Assembly: GCA_017467815.1 (NCBI GenBank)
Contig: JAFUKI010000077.1
Location: 4,797 to 68,796, forward strand
Direction of reading: 5' to 3'
DNA length: 64,000 bases
DNA from: Clostridia bacterium
Lineage (GTDB): Bacteria; Bacillota; Clostridia; Oscillospirales; CAG-272
In this document: positions 50,451 through 57,881 of the stretch, in pieces
Layout: the number at the start of each line of letters is the position of its first letter
Position numbering within the stretch: the first letter of the stretch is position 1
The notes under the pieces: generated by a model
The model's database searches: none
What the model saw: only the letters and a program-made list of their open reading frames with translations
Told to the model about the DNA's origin: nothing
Program-made: the position numbers and the translations under genes

Positions 50451-50795
50451 CTATGCCATGCATTCCAGCCGATAATGCTCCACTCTGTCACTGCCGGTCA
50501 GATAGGGCGTGATTTTCATGACCGTCCAGCCTGTCTTATCATCGGGACCGAAGTACAGCTTGTCTCCGGGGGCAAATCCGACGGCGGAAAAAGGAAGACT
50601 GCCGCCCGACTGATCGGTAAGTCTGCTGAAACGGGGGAAGAAATACACTACGGCACTGCATTTGTGATGTCCCTTTTCCGTCATGGCGGCGCTGCGGAAG
50701 ACCACGGTTTTATGGGCTGTATATTCTTTGTATACCGGTATAAAGCGGCTGTCGTAGCCCAGAAGATGCCTGAGTACAATCTGATCTGTACGCAT
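50451..50795 (-). CDS. Phage head closure/head-tail joining protein
   Basis: Position between connector and gp10-like genes; beta-rich GDKLYFGPDDKTGWTVMKITPYLTGSDRVEHYRLEC. Confidence 0.5.
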   Translation of the reverse strand: MRTDQIVLRHLLGYDSRFIPVYKEYTAHKTVVFRSAAMTEKGHHKCSAVVYFFPRFSRLTDQSGGSLPFSAVGFAPGDKLYFGPDDKTGWTVMKITPYLTGSDRVEHYRLECMA

Positions 50796-50804
50796 ATTTC
50801 CTCC

Positions 50805-51143
50805 TCAAATCCACTGATTCAGCAGACCGGCGTGGGACAGGGTGAGTATGGCATAGGGACATACCTTCACACCGTACACGGAAAGCGCCGGCATACGGTA
50901 TTCCACCCGGTAATCCCCCAGACTTTCGGCGGCAAGACCTGCACTGTCCCCGTTTCCGGCGATCTGATCCGTCTGCAGACAGACAGCACAGCGGATGGCG
51001 TCTTCCTTTTCCGGATAATCCGCCGGGTGACGGGGCAGCAGAAGATGTGCGATCACCGCTTCCGCCGCCTTGGAGTGCTGTAAGAATTCTTCTTCCGTCA
51101 GCCCACCGCCGTATTCATTTTTGTAATACGTATAATCCGTCAC
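50805..51143 (-). CDS. Phage head-tail connector protein (GTG start at 51143)
   Basis: RBS aaaggagatttgccGTG; VTDYTYYKNEYGGGLTEEEFLQHSKAAEAVIAHLL. Confidence 0.55.
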   Translation of the reverse strand: MTDYTYYKNEYGGGLTEEEFLQHSKAAEAVIAHLLLPRHPADYPEKEDAIRCAVCLQTDQIAGNGDSAGLAAESLGDYRVEYRMPALSVYGVKVCPYAILTLSHAGLLNQWI

Positions 51144-51156
51144 GGCAAATCTCCTT

Positions 51157-52278
51157 TTAACCCATGTAGCGTACAGCCAGCTCAGGATAGAGGGGCATGA
51201 AGCTGTAGAGCACATCCATGGAAAGAATGTCCTTCTTACGGTTGATGTCATAACCGCGTACCACACGGAGGGAGATACCGTTGTGGGTGGTTACATAGGA
51301 TTCCACGCCGGCAGGTGCAGCCAGAGGACGGGAAACGAAGGCGAAGGCATTGGGATGGAAAATCAGGTTGGCTTCGTGGGTAGGCAGGACCTCAACGGTA
51401 CCGTTCAGAATGCCGCTTACGGAAGTGGGCATGATCGGGAAGGTAACGGAGGTGCTTGTAAATTCCACATTGTCGGCGGCGATGACATAAACCACGGAAC
51501 CGTCCTTCTTGGTGATCTTGAGAATATCGCCGAGGTTGATGGTTTTGTCGGGGGCGGAGGAACAGGTCAGGGTCAGGGAAGTACCGGCAAGGGTGGTGAC
51601 GATGATGTTGGCGGAAGAACCGGCGAGGGTACCGGAAACATGGGTGGGTACAGCCTGGCTCATGTAGTTTTCCAGACCGAATACCTTACCGATGGAACCG
51701 GTGCGCAGAGCCTTGGAGGAACCGCACTGATCCGCATTGATAAGCGCCGGAATCTGCTTCAGCTGGCAGGCGGTACGGGGACTCCAGAGAGCGCATCGGT
51801 TGTCGGTGGGAACCCCTGCCTTGTCCAGCGCATAAACGGCTTCGGCGAAATCGCTCAGATCGGACGGAGGTGTACCGGGCGTACCGACCACGGTAGAGGC
51901 AGTGCAGTAAAGCATCATACCGTCTCTGTTGATTTTCTCTGCCAGAGCAGCGGCGGCAGGTTCCAGAAACAGTCTGGTCATGTCATCAAAGCTGCAGGCA
52001 CTTTCGAGGGCGGAAACTTCCACATCCACAGTGGCGATGTTGGCAAGGGGTACCTCTACGGTTTCCTCAACGATGGACTGGGGGCTGATGGTGTCGCCGT
52101 TGAAGAAATCATTGGCGGTCAGCTTTACGGGACGGCGGATCACAACGGTATCCCCCTTCTTGGCGCTCTGGTGGTCCCCCAGATCCTTGTAGACCAGATT
52201 GGGGAATACCAGATTGTCCATCAGTCTGGGCAGGGTTTCTCTTGCGATCTGCTTGGCGGAATATAAACTGTTGTACAT
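51157..52278 (-). CDS. Phage major capsid protein, P22 coat-like
   Basis: IARETLPRLMDNLVFPNLVYKDLGDHQSAKKGDTVVIRRPVKLTAND...; gene order after scaffold. Confidence 0.8.
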   Translation of the reverse strand: MYNSLYSAKQIARETLPRLMDNLVFPNLVYKDLGDHQSAKKGDTVVIRRPVKLTANDFFNGDTISPQSIVEETVEVPLANIATVDVEVSALESACSFDDMTRLFLEPAAAALAEKINRDGMMLYCTASTVVGTPGTPPSDLSDFAEAVYALDKAGVPTDNRCALWSPRTACQLKQIPALINADQCGSSKALRTGSIGKVFGLENYMSQAVPTHVSGTLAGSSANIIVTTLAGTSLTLTCSSAPDKTINLGDILKITKKDGSVVYVIAADNVEFTSTSVTFPIMPTSVSGILNGTVEVLPTHEANLIFHPNAFAFVSRPLAAPAGVESYVTTHNGISLRVVRGYDINRKKDILSMDVLYSFMPLYPELAVRYMG

Positions 52279-52317
52279 AAATAATCTCCTTTGTCAGTCA
52301 AGTGTATTGTGTTTGTC

Positions 52318-52746
52318 TCAGAAACGGCGGACGAAGCGGTAGTACTCCGCATCGGTCATGCTTTCCGGGTCGGCAAAGGGAGTGCCGTGGGAAGTGCCGG
52401 TGGCGATCTTCTCCTTATCCCCGGTGTTGTGGAATAAATAGGGATCGCTGACACGGAGCTTGTCCAGCTGTTCGTTCAGACCGTGAATACCGTCGTTGTC
52501 CATGGTAATGGCGGACATATCCAGTACCTTGGCGGCAAGCGACGGATTTTTGGCGCCCATTCTGGTCAGGGCGTACTTGGTTTCGTGTTCGATCTGCATT
52601 TTCTGCAGGTCGGCGGTGTGGTTTTTCTCCATGAGACGGATCTGTTCCTGCAAAGCTGCCACTTCGGGGGAAACATTTTCCTCTGCTTCGGATACCGCAC
52701 CGGTTTCTTCGGCGGCGCCTGTCATGTTGTTTTCTTCCATGTGCAA
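52318..52746 (-). CDS. Phage scaffolding protein
   Basis: Acidic coiled coil ALQEQIRLMEKNHTADLQKMQIEHETKYALTRMGAKNPSLAAKVLDM, directly before the capsid gene. Confidence 0.75.
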   Translation of the reverse strand: MHMEENNMTGAAEETGAVSEAEENVSPEVAALQEQIRLMEKNHTADLQKMQIEHETKYALTRMGAKNPSLAAKVLDMSAITMDNDGIHGLNEQLDKLRVSDPYLFHNTGDKEKIATGTSHGTPFADPESMTDAEYYRFVRRF

Positions 52747-52778
52747 AAATCTCCTTTCTGATCGGCATATTATCCGGC

Positions 52779-54152
52779 TCAGATACCGTTATGCCATTTT
52801 CTTTTGAATTCTTCCGCGGACAGAAGTCCGGCTTCCACTTCGCGCAGATCCCGGCTTCTTTCGGATTCCGTATCCACGAAATAGCTGTCGTCATACCGTA
52901 CAGCCACAGGGGTCGTGCTGTCCATGGGCAGGCGGAGTATGTATTCCCCCAGCCACAGAACCGGTCTTACGATGCCGTACAGAAATGCGGTCATGTTCTG
53001 CTGATGCTTGCTCAGATTCTGCCGCATATCCTGCCGTTCTCCCATGTACTGGGTGGCGGTAAGCTGTGCTTTGCCCTGTACGCCGGAGAACAGATAATGC
53101 CTTGTCCCCAGACCGCACCGGAAGGACAGATAATCCAGCTGTGCCTGCAGGGCATCACGGTTTTCCTCGGAACGGAGACTGGGATTGTGTTCGGTGATCA
53201 TGGGCGTTTCCGCCAGATCCCCGTCGCCGATGGTTACAAACAGCTGCTGCGCCACATCGTCCGGGGTGTACAGATTCCCTTCGCTGTCCCGGTTGACCAA
53301 GGACTGGTTGATGAATACCTTCTTGCCGCCCAGTTTCAGGTCACGGCAGAAATTGTTGAATGCCAGATCCACACCCTTCAGACAGTCGATGGCATCGGCA
53401 AAAATGGACTGTCCCAGACCGCATCCCTCGTCCACGGCGTTGTGGATGTTGGGGGTCAGAATGCTGAAGAAGGGGTACGGACAGCCGGTGCGGATCTCTC
53501 TCGGCGGCATTTTGGGGTATTTGACCTCCGTCAGCCTGCCGCCGTTTTCTTCCGCGTAATAATGGTTGCGGATCACATACCCGTCGTCTTCTCTGGTGTG
53601 GATCTCCACATAGAGTGCCTTTTCTCCGCGGGTACGGATTTCGGAAATGAATGCCGCCTCCGTGATCCTGCCTTCCTCCACGGAAATGGGCAGAATATGT
53701 CCCGCATCCACAAAGTCGAAGGAGAGGGAGAGGGGCATCTCAGCCGCTTCGGTCAGATTGCCGCACCCGACGGGCAGACCGTGGACACGCAGCAGACAGG
53801 CACCGCTTCCCAGAGCAAAAGCCTTTTCCACCATATGGTTGCATCTCCGCCAGAAATCGGTCTGGGAGAGAAGGATCTGCAGCCATTTTTCCGCGGCAGG
53901 ATCGGCAACCTGAAGATAGGTCTTGTCGTTGAACAGCAGGGAAGCCCAGTCTTCGCATACCTTTTTCGCCATGTGCAGACGGTACATTTCCCGCTTGACC
54001 GGACGTCCGAAGGAAGCGTTTTCCCAGTATTCGTGGAAGGTATGCTCCTTCCCCTGCCACCAGCTCTGCCAGATGTCGATCATGCGGTAGATCCCCGTGC
54101 CCGCTGTGCAGCCGTACTGCTGACCGATCAGGTCTAAAATTTCGTTTCGCAT
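52779..54152 (-). CDS. Phage portal protein (SPP1 gp6-like)
   Basis: YRLHMAKKVCEDWASLLFNDK...FCRDLKLGGKKVFINQ...GKAQLTATQYMGERQDMRQNLSKHQQNMTAFLYGIVRPVLWLGE. Confidence 0.8.
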   Translation of the reverse strand: MRNEILDLIGQQYGCTAGTGIYRMIDIWQSWWQGKEHTFHEYWENASFGRPVKREMYRLHMAKKVCEDWASLLFNDKTYLQVADPAAEKWLQILLSQTDFWRRCNHMVEKAFALGSGACLLRVHGLPVGCGNLTEAAEMPLSLSFDFVDAGHILPISVEEGRITEAAFISEIRTRGEKALYVEIHTREDDGYVIRNHYYAEENGGRLTEVKYPKMPPREIRTGCPYPFFSILTPNIHNAVDEGCGLGQSIFADAIDCLKGVDLAFNNFCRDLKLGGKKVFINQSLVNRDSEGNLYTPDDVAQQLFVTIGDGDLAETPMITEHNPSLRSEENRDALQAQLDYLSFRCGLGTRHYLFSGVQGKAQLTATQYMGERQDMRQNLSKHQQNMTAFLYGIVRPVLWLGEYILRLPMDSTTPVAVRYDDSYFVDTESERSRDLREVEAGLLSAEEFKRKWHNGI

Positions 54153-54178
54153 AAATTGTTCCTTTCTGGTAAAATTGA

Positions 54179-55492
54179 TCAGACTTTCCCCATATACCGT
54201 TCAATGGCATATTCCATAGCATCCAGAATGTCTATGTCCGAGGTAAAGTCGTCTTTCCGCCTGTCCGCGCCTTCCGTGTCCTCCCAGACCGCCTCCGCAA
54301 GTCCGGCAGCCAGCTTCGGACAATCCGGAGTGAGATGAAAACGACCTGCACTCATCAGTCCGTTCACGAAAGCGATACGATCGGTGATGGGACGCTTGGC
54401 ACAGTCGGATACAATGAGTCCCTCACTCCCGGGGATGGACCGGCGGAGACCGTTGATCAGATACTGTGCTTCGCTGTCGCAGAAAACATAACGGATGGGC
54501 AGTCCGGGGTATTTCTCATGCAATGCGGCGAGAAAGGCGAGGAATTCTCTGTTGATGCGCCCCGGATCAATATCCCCTTTGTTCCCCTGTACTGCCTTTT
54601 CACCAATGGCGATCACACCGCCGGAGAGGGGAAATCCCACAGCGGCAAACACGGTTTTGGAACGGTTTCCGCCGAAGTCCACGCCGATGTTGCAGAATTT
54701 CATGGGCGGCAGATCCGCTGTCTGCAGCAGGAATTTCTCCGGTGCATCGGCAAAACTGCGGTAGATCAGCCCTTCAGCCGCACAGCGCTGTCCCAGTATA
54801 TCCCGACGGTACCATACGGATGCTTTGTCGTACTGCGCCTCGATTTCCGCAAGACGCTCTTTCGTGATCACGGGATTGTCCCGGATGGTGAAATGGGCGT
54901 AATTGCAGAAACCGGGGGAAGTGTCGGCAGTGTAGGGATCAATGTACTGCCGGTAAATGAGGGCGGAGGGGGAAGTGGGGTTCAGATCCCAGAAGATCTT
55001 CCGTCGGCGGGCGGCAAGGGTTCGGTTGAAGGCCTCTTGAATAAAGCTGTCGTGGTGGTGGTTGATCTCCGTTGCGAGCCACATTCCATACGAGTTTCCG
55101 CGGATCCGCTTGTAGGCATCCGCATTTTTTCCGCCGGCGAACAGAACCACCTTCTCACCGTTTTTCGTCTGAATACGCAGACATTCGTTATCCTTATACC
55201 GACCCCAGGTACACCTGCCTCTGAAAATCCTTTCCAGACCCAGACCGTTGCAGTCCCCCAGATTGAGTTTGGCATTGCCGATGGTGGAACCGGATGCCAG
55301 ATGAATCCGATCCGGCGTTTCCTCCAGTGCGGCGGCAAAGACAAATACATTGTCCACCGTCTTCCCGGCACGTACCGCCCCTTCGGCAATATTTATGGTG
55401 CAGTCCAGAGCACGCCGCATATACCTGCGATGCTTTTCCCCGAAACAATACCGGGGATCTTCATATTGCCCGGACTTTTCCGCATCCGTCAT
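54179..55492 (-). CDS. Phage terminase large subunit, PBSX family
   Basis: Walker A-like EGAVRAGKTV; KRIRGNSYGMWLATEIN; nuclease-like VDFGGNRSKT, FCDSEAQYLI, DIDILDAMEYAI. Confidence 0.9.
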   Translation of the reverse strand: MTDAEKSGQYEDPRYCFGEKHRRYMRRALDCTINIAEGAVRAGKTVDNVFVFAAALEETPDRIHLASGSTIGNAKLNLGDCNGLGLERIFRGRCTWGRYKDNECLRIQTKNGEKVVLFAGGKNADAYKRIRGNSYGMWLATEINHHHDSFIQEAFNRTLAARRRKIFWDLNPTSPSALIYRQYIDPYTADTSPGFCNYAHFTIRDNPVITKERLAEIEAQYDKASVWYRRDILGQRCAAEGLIYRSFADAPEKFLLQTADLPPMKFCNIGVDFGGNRSKTVFAAVGFPLSGGVIAIGEKAVQGNKGDIDPGRINREFLAFLAALHEKYPGLPIRYVFCDSEAQYLINGLRRSIPGSEGLIVSDCAKRPITDRIAFVNGLMSAGRFHLTPDCPKLAAGLAEAVWEDTEGADRRKDDFTSDIDILDAMEYAIERYMGKV

Positions 55493-55527
55493 ATTTCCGC
55501 TTCCTTTCCGTTTGCTTCATTCTCCCA

Positions 55528-55908
55528 TCATTCTTCCTGACGGAATACCTCCTCCCGCAGTGCCGCAATTTCCGTACTGGTTTCCGCCGCCGCAAATCCC
55601 TGAGCCGGATTCAGACGTACATCCTTCCACAGCTCAAAATACAGCTTGATTGCCGGAATGCTGCCGTCGCGTGCCAGAGAGAGCAGATGCTCCCAGACTT
55701 CCGCGGCGTACATCCCGGCATATTCTCTCGCCAGCTGCACCACAGCCGAACCGAATGCCGCATCCCTGAGCCATGCCAACATATCCGCTTCGGGCACATC
55801 CGTACGGGACAGGGCTTTCTCGATCTGTTCCCCGGCTGTCTGTCCTCTGAAGCTGTTTTCGATGACCGCATTGGCAGTGTCAATTTGTTTTTCCGTCGTA
55901 TCGCTCAC
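55528..55908 (-). CDS. Phage terminase small subunit-like protein
   Basis: Directly upstream of TerL; ...LLSLARDGSIPAIKLYFELWKDVRLNPAQ typical TerS C-terminal region. Confidence 0.6.
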   Translation of the reverse strand: MSDTTEKQIDTANAVIENSFRGQTAGEQIEKALSRTDVPEADMLAWLRDAAFGSAVVQLAREYAGMYAAEVWEHLLSLARDGSIPAIKLYFELWKDVRLNPAQGFAAAETSTEIAALREEVFRQEE

Positions 55909-55924
55909 CTCCTTTCGTGCCTAT

Positions 55925-55954
55925 AGTATAACATCCCGAACATTTGTTTGTCAT
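55925..55954 (-). promoter_or_regulatory. Putative promoter of the terS operon with embedded near-match LexA box
   Basis: Minus ATGACA (55954-55949)-18-TATACT (55930-55925); plus-strand CGAACATTTGTTTG at 55937-55950 (one mismatch to GAAC-N4-GTTC). Confidence 0.5.
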
Positions 55955-56091
55955 CCCACAAAAATACCGGCAGCGTGCAGGAAAAAGTAGCAGAAAAGTA
56001 TCAAAAAAGTGGTATCCCCCTCAAAAAATGCATAAAAAAAGACCGCCTGACATACAAGCAGCCTAAATAAATCCATATTCCTATTCCATAT

Positions 56092-56160
56092 ACCCCTTTT
56101 GAAGTTTTTTGAAAAGAGGGAGGGGGGAGAATCGCTTCGCAAATCTCCCTCCCCCTTCTA
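56092..56160 (-). repeat. Dispersed double-hairpin intergenic repeat, copy 6 (minus orientation, inside phage module)
   Basis: Reverse complement: agaagggggagggagatttgcgaagcgattctcccccctccctcttttcaaaaaacttcaaaagggg. Confidence 0.75.
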
Positions 56161-56162
56161 AA

Positions 56163-56552
56163 TCAAACCGTCCGACCAAATAAAGCCAAAGTAAACCGGC
56201 TGTATGCTCTGCGTCGGATTCTGTAGAAGGAACTGCGTTCTACGTGCAGTTCTTCGCATATATCCTCAATGCTCGCACGGGAGGATTTGGTGGCATAGGC
56301 AGTGAGAATGGCTTTCTCATCCGGTTCCAGGGTAGCCAGAGCAAACTCCAGTGCCCGTACCTTTTTTGCCAGCCGACGGCGGTTGTCCTCACATTCCGGC
56401 GATCCGTCATCCCACATATTCTGCAGTGCATTTCTCAGATATGGCAGTTCCTGCAGCAGAGAAATCGCCTGTTTCTGTAATGTCAACGCCTGATCCGTTT
56501 TTCTTGTTTTCATCGTTTCTTTGGTTGCGTTTGTCTTAATGGTAGTGCTCAT
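56163..56552 (-). CDS. Xpf/ArpU-like sigma region 4-type late transcription regulator
   Basis: LEFALATLEPDEKAILTAYATKSSRASIEDICEELHVERSSFYRIRRRAYSRFTLALFG; first gene of the module. Confidence 0.7.
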   Translation of the reverse strand: MSTTIKTNATKETMKTRKTDQALTLQKQAISLLQELPYLRNALQNMWDDGSPECEDNRRRLAKKVRALEFALATLEPDEKAILTAYATKSSRASIEDICEELHVERSSFYRIRRRAYSRFTLALFGRTV

Positions 56553-56593
56553 CTGCCATCATCCTTTCTATGGTATTGTTTGTACGTTGAAAA

Positions 56594-56607
56594 AGAACAT
56601 CCGTTCT
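56594..56607 (-). promoter_or_regulatory. LexA/DinR (SOS) box 2, at the transcription start side
   Basis: AGAACATCCGTTCT, matches GAAC-N4-GTTC, about 10 bp downstream of the -10. Confidence 0.75.
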
Positions 56608-56616
56608 GCTTTGATT

Positions 56617-56645
56617 AGTATACCACAAGGGGATGCGTTTGTCAA
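56617..56645 (-). promoter_or_regulatory. sigma-A promoter of the phage module TTGACA-17-TATACT
   Basis: Minus TTGACA (56645-56640), 17 bp spacer, TATACT (56622-56617). Confidence 0.8.
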
Positions 56646-56653
56646 TACCAAAA

Positions 56654-56667
56654 AGAACATATGTTCT
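56654..56667 (-). promoter_or_regulatory. LexA/DinR (SOS) box 1, upstream of the -35
   Basis: AGAACATATGTTCT, a perfect palindrome with core GAAC-N4-GTTC. Confidence 0.8.
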
Positions 56668-56765
56668 ATCATTCTTCCCCGGATTTTGTCCTGCAGGGGG
56701 ATTCTCATAGCCAAATCCGGCTTTTATTCCCCGAAAAACATCTCTGTCCTGTCTCAAAAACAGCA

Positions 56766-56794
56766 TTGCAATCCTACAGTGATTATGTTATAAT
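56766..56794 (+). promoter_or_regulatory. sigma-A promoter TTGCAA-17-TATAAT
   Basis: TTGCAA 56766-56771, TATAAT 56789-56794, upstream of the sugar kinase. Confidence 0.65.
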
Positions 56795-56822
56795 AAAAAT
56801 AAAAACACAGGAGTTTTATCAT

Positions 56823-57854
56823 ATGGTAGTATGTTTTGGGGAACTGCTGCTGCGGTTGTCGCCGGCGGGGAGAGAACGGCTGGTGCAGGCAGATACATTT
56901 GAAGTAAGATACGGCGGTGCAGAGGCGAATGTGGCTGCGGCTGTGGTGATGTTCGGCGGAAAGAGCCGGTATGTTACCAAGGTGCCGGACTCCGTGATCG
57001 GGGAAGCGGCTGTACAGAGCGTCAGACGGTACGGCGTGGATACGGACGGGGTCGTGCGCGGCGGAGAACGGCTGGGGGCATATTACCTGGAAAAAGGCGC
57101 TTCCTACCGTCCCTCCAAAGTCCAGTATGACCGGAAACATTCTGCCATCGCAGAAGCCGGACGGGAAGATTTCGATTGGCAAAAGCTCCTCGACAGCGCC
57201 GATTCCTTCTTCTTTACCGGCATCACTCCGGCTGTGTCCGACCCGGAAATTCTCATGGATGCGCTGAAACTCTGCAAAGAACGGAATATCCGCGTGTACT
57301 GTGACCTGAATTACCGTGCGGCACTCTGGTCTGCGGAAGACGCCGGACGGATCCTCGGAAAGATGATGCCCTACGTGAATGTGTGCGTCGCCAATGAGGA
57401 ACACGTCCGCCTGCTGTTCGGCATCACACCGGACGAAGATCTCACCGATGAAGAAGACCGTCTCGGGGATATCGGTAGGAAAATGACGGAAACCTTCGGA
57501 TTTGCCAAAGTGGTTCTGACTCTGCGGGAGAGCATTTCTTCCGACGATAACGAAGTTGCGGCTGTCCTGTACGAAAACGGCGCGCTGTATAAATCCTCCC
57601 GGTATAAAGTACATATCGTTGACCGGGTAGGCGGCGGAGATGCTTTGTCTGCTGCCCTGATTTACAGCGAATCCCCGGATGTGAAGGACAAAGTGATCGA
57701 CCCGGCGGACAGAGAAGTGCAGATCGACTTCGCCTGTGCTGCCAATGCACTGAAACACTCCATCGAAGGGGATATCTGTATCGCAGATGCCGGAGAAGTA
57801 AAGAAAACCATGGAAATCGCAAGAAGCGGCGGACGCGTACGGCTGGTCCGCTGA
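56823..57854 (+). CDS. PfkB family sugar kinase (2-keto-3-deoxygluconate kinase-like)
   Basis: MVVCFGELLLRLSPAGRERLVQADTFEVRYGGAEANVAAAVVMFGG...VDRVGGGDALSAALIYS; start ATG 56823 after RBS caggag. Confidence 0.85.
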   Translation: MVVCFGELLLRLSPAGRERLVQADTFEVRYGGAEANVAAAVVMFGGKSRYVTKVPDSVIGEAAVQSVRRYGVDTDGVVRGGERLGAYYLEKGASYRPSKVQYDRKHSAIAEAGREDFDWQKLLDSADSFFFTGITPAVSDPEILMDALKLCKERNIRVYCDLNYRAALWSAEDAGRILGKMMPYVNVCVANEEHVRLLFGITPDEDLTDEEDRLGDIGRKMTETFGFAKVVLTLRESISSDDNEVAAVLYENGALYKSSRYKVHIVDRVGGGDALSAALIYSESPDVKDKVIDPADREVQIDFACAANALKHSIEGDICIADAGEVKKTMEIARSGGRVRLVR

Positions 57855-57881
57855 ATACACCGAATAAGAAAGGATTTCAAG

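Larger units (their letters stand above)
43315..56552 (-). mobile_element. Compact phage-derived DNA packaging/head/tail module; candidate GTA-like or domesticated siphovirus element
   Basis: Contiguous minus-strand genes: Xpf/ArpU-like regulator, TerS, TerL, portal, scaffold, capsid, connectors, major tail, Gp15, mini tape measure, distal tail, Gp37-like, two distal proteins. No integrase, repressor, lysis or replication genes. Confidence 0.8.

Noticed and set aside
52791-54137. 448-aa plus-strand ORF opposite the portal gene
   Set aside because: It is the shadow of the portal CDS, with no recognisable domain or RBS context. The same applies to 54335-55540, 51283-52266, 44821-46179 and 48999-49877.
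43315-56552. Active temperate prophage
   Set aside because: No integrase, repressor, replication or lysis genes and no visible att duplication. I therefore prefer a GTA-like or domesticated/defective interpretation.
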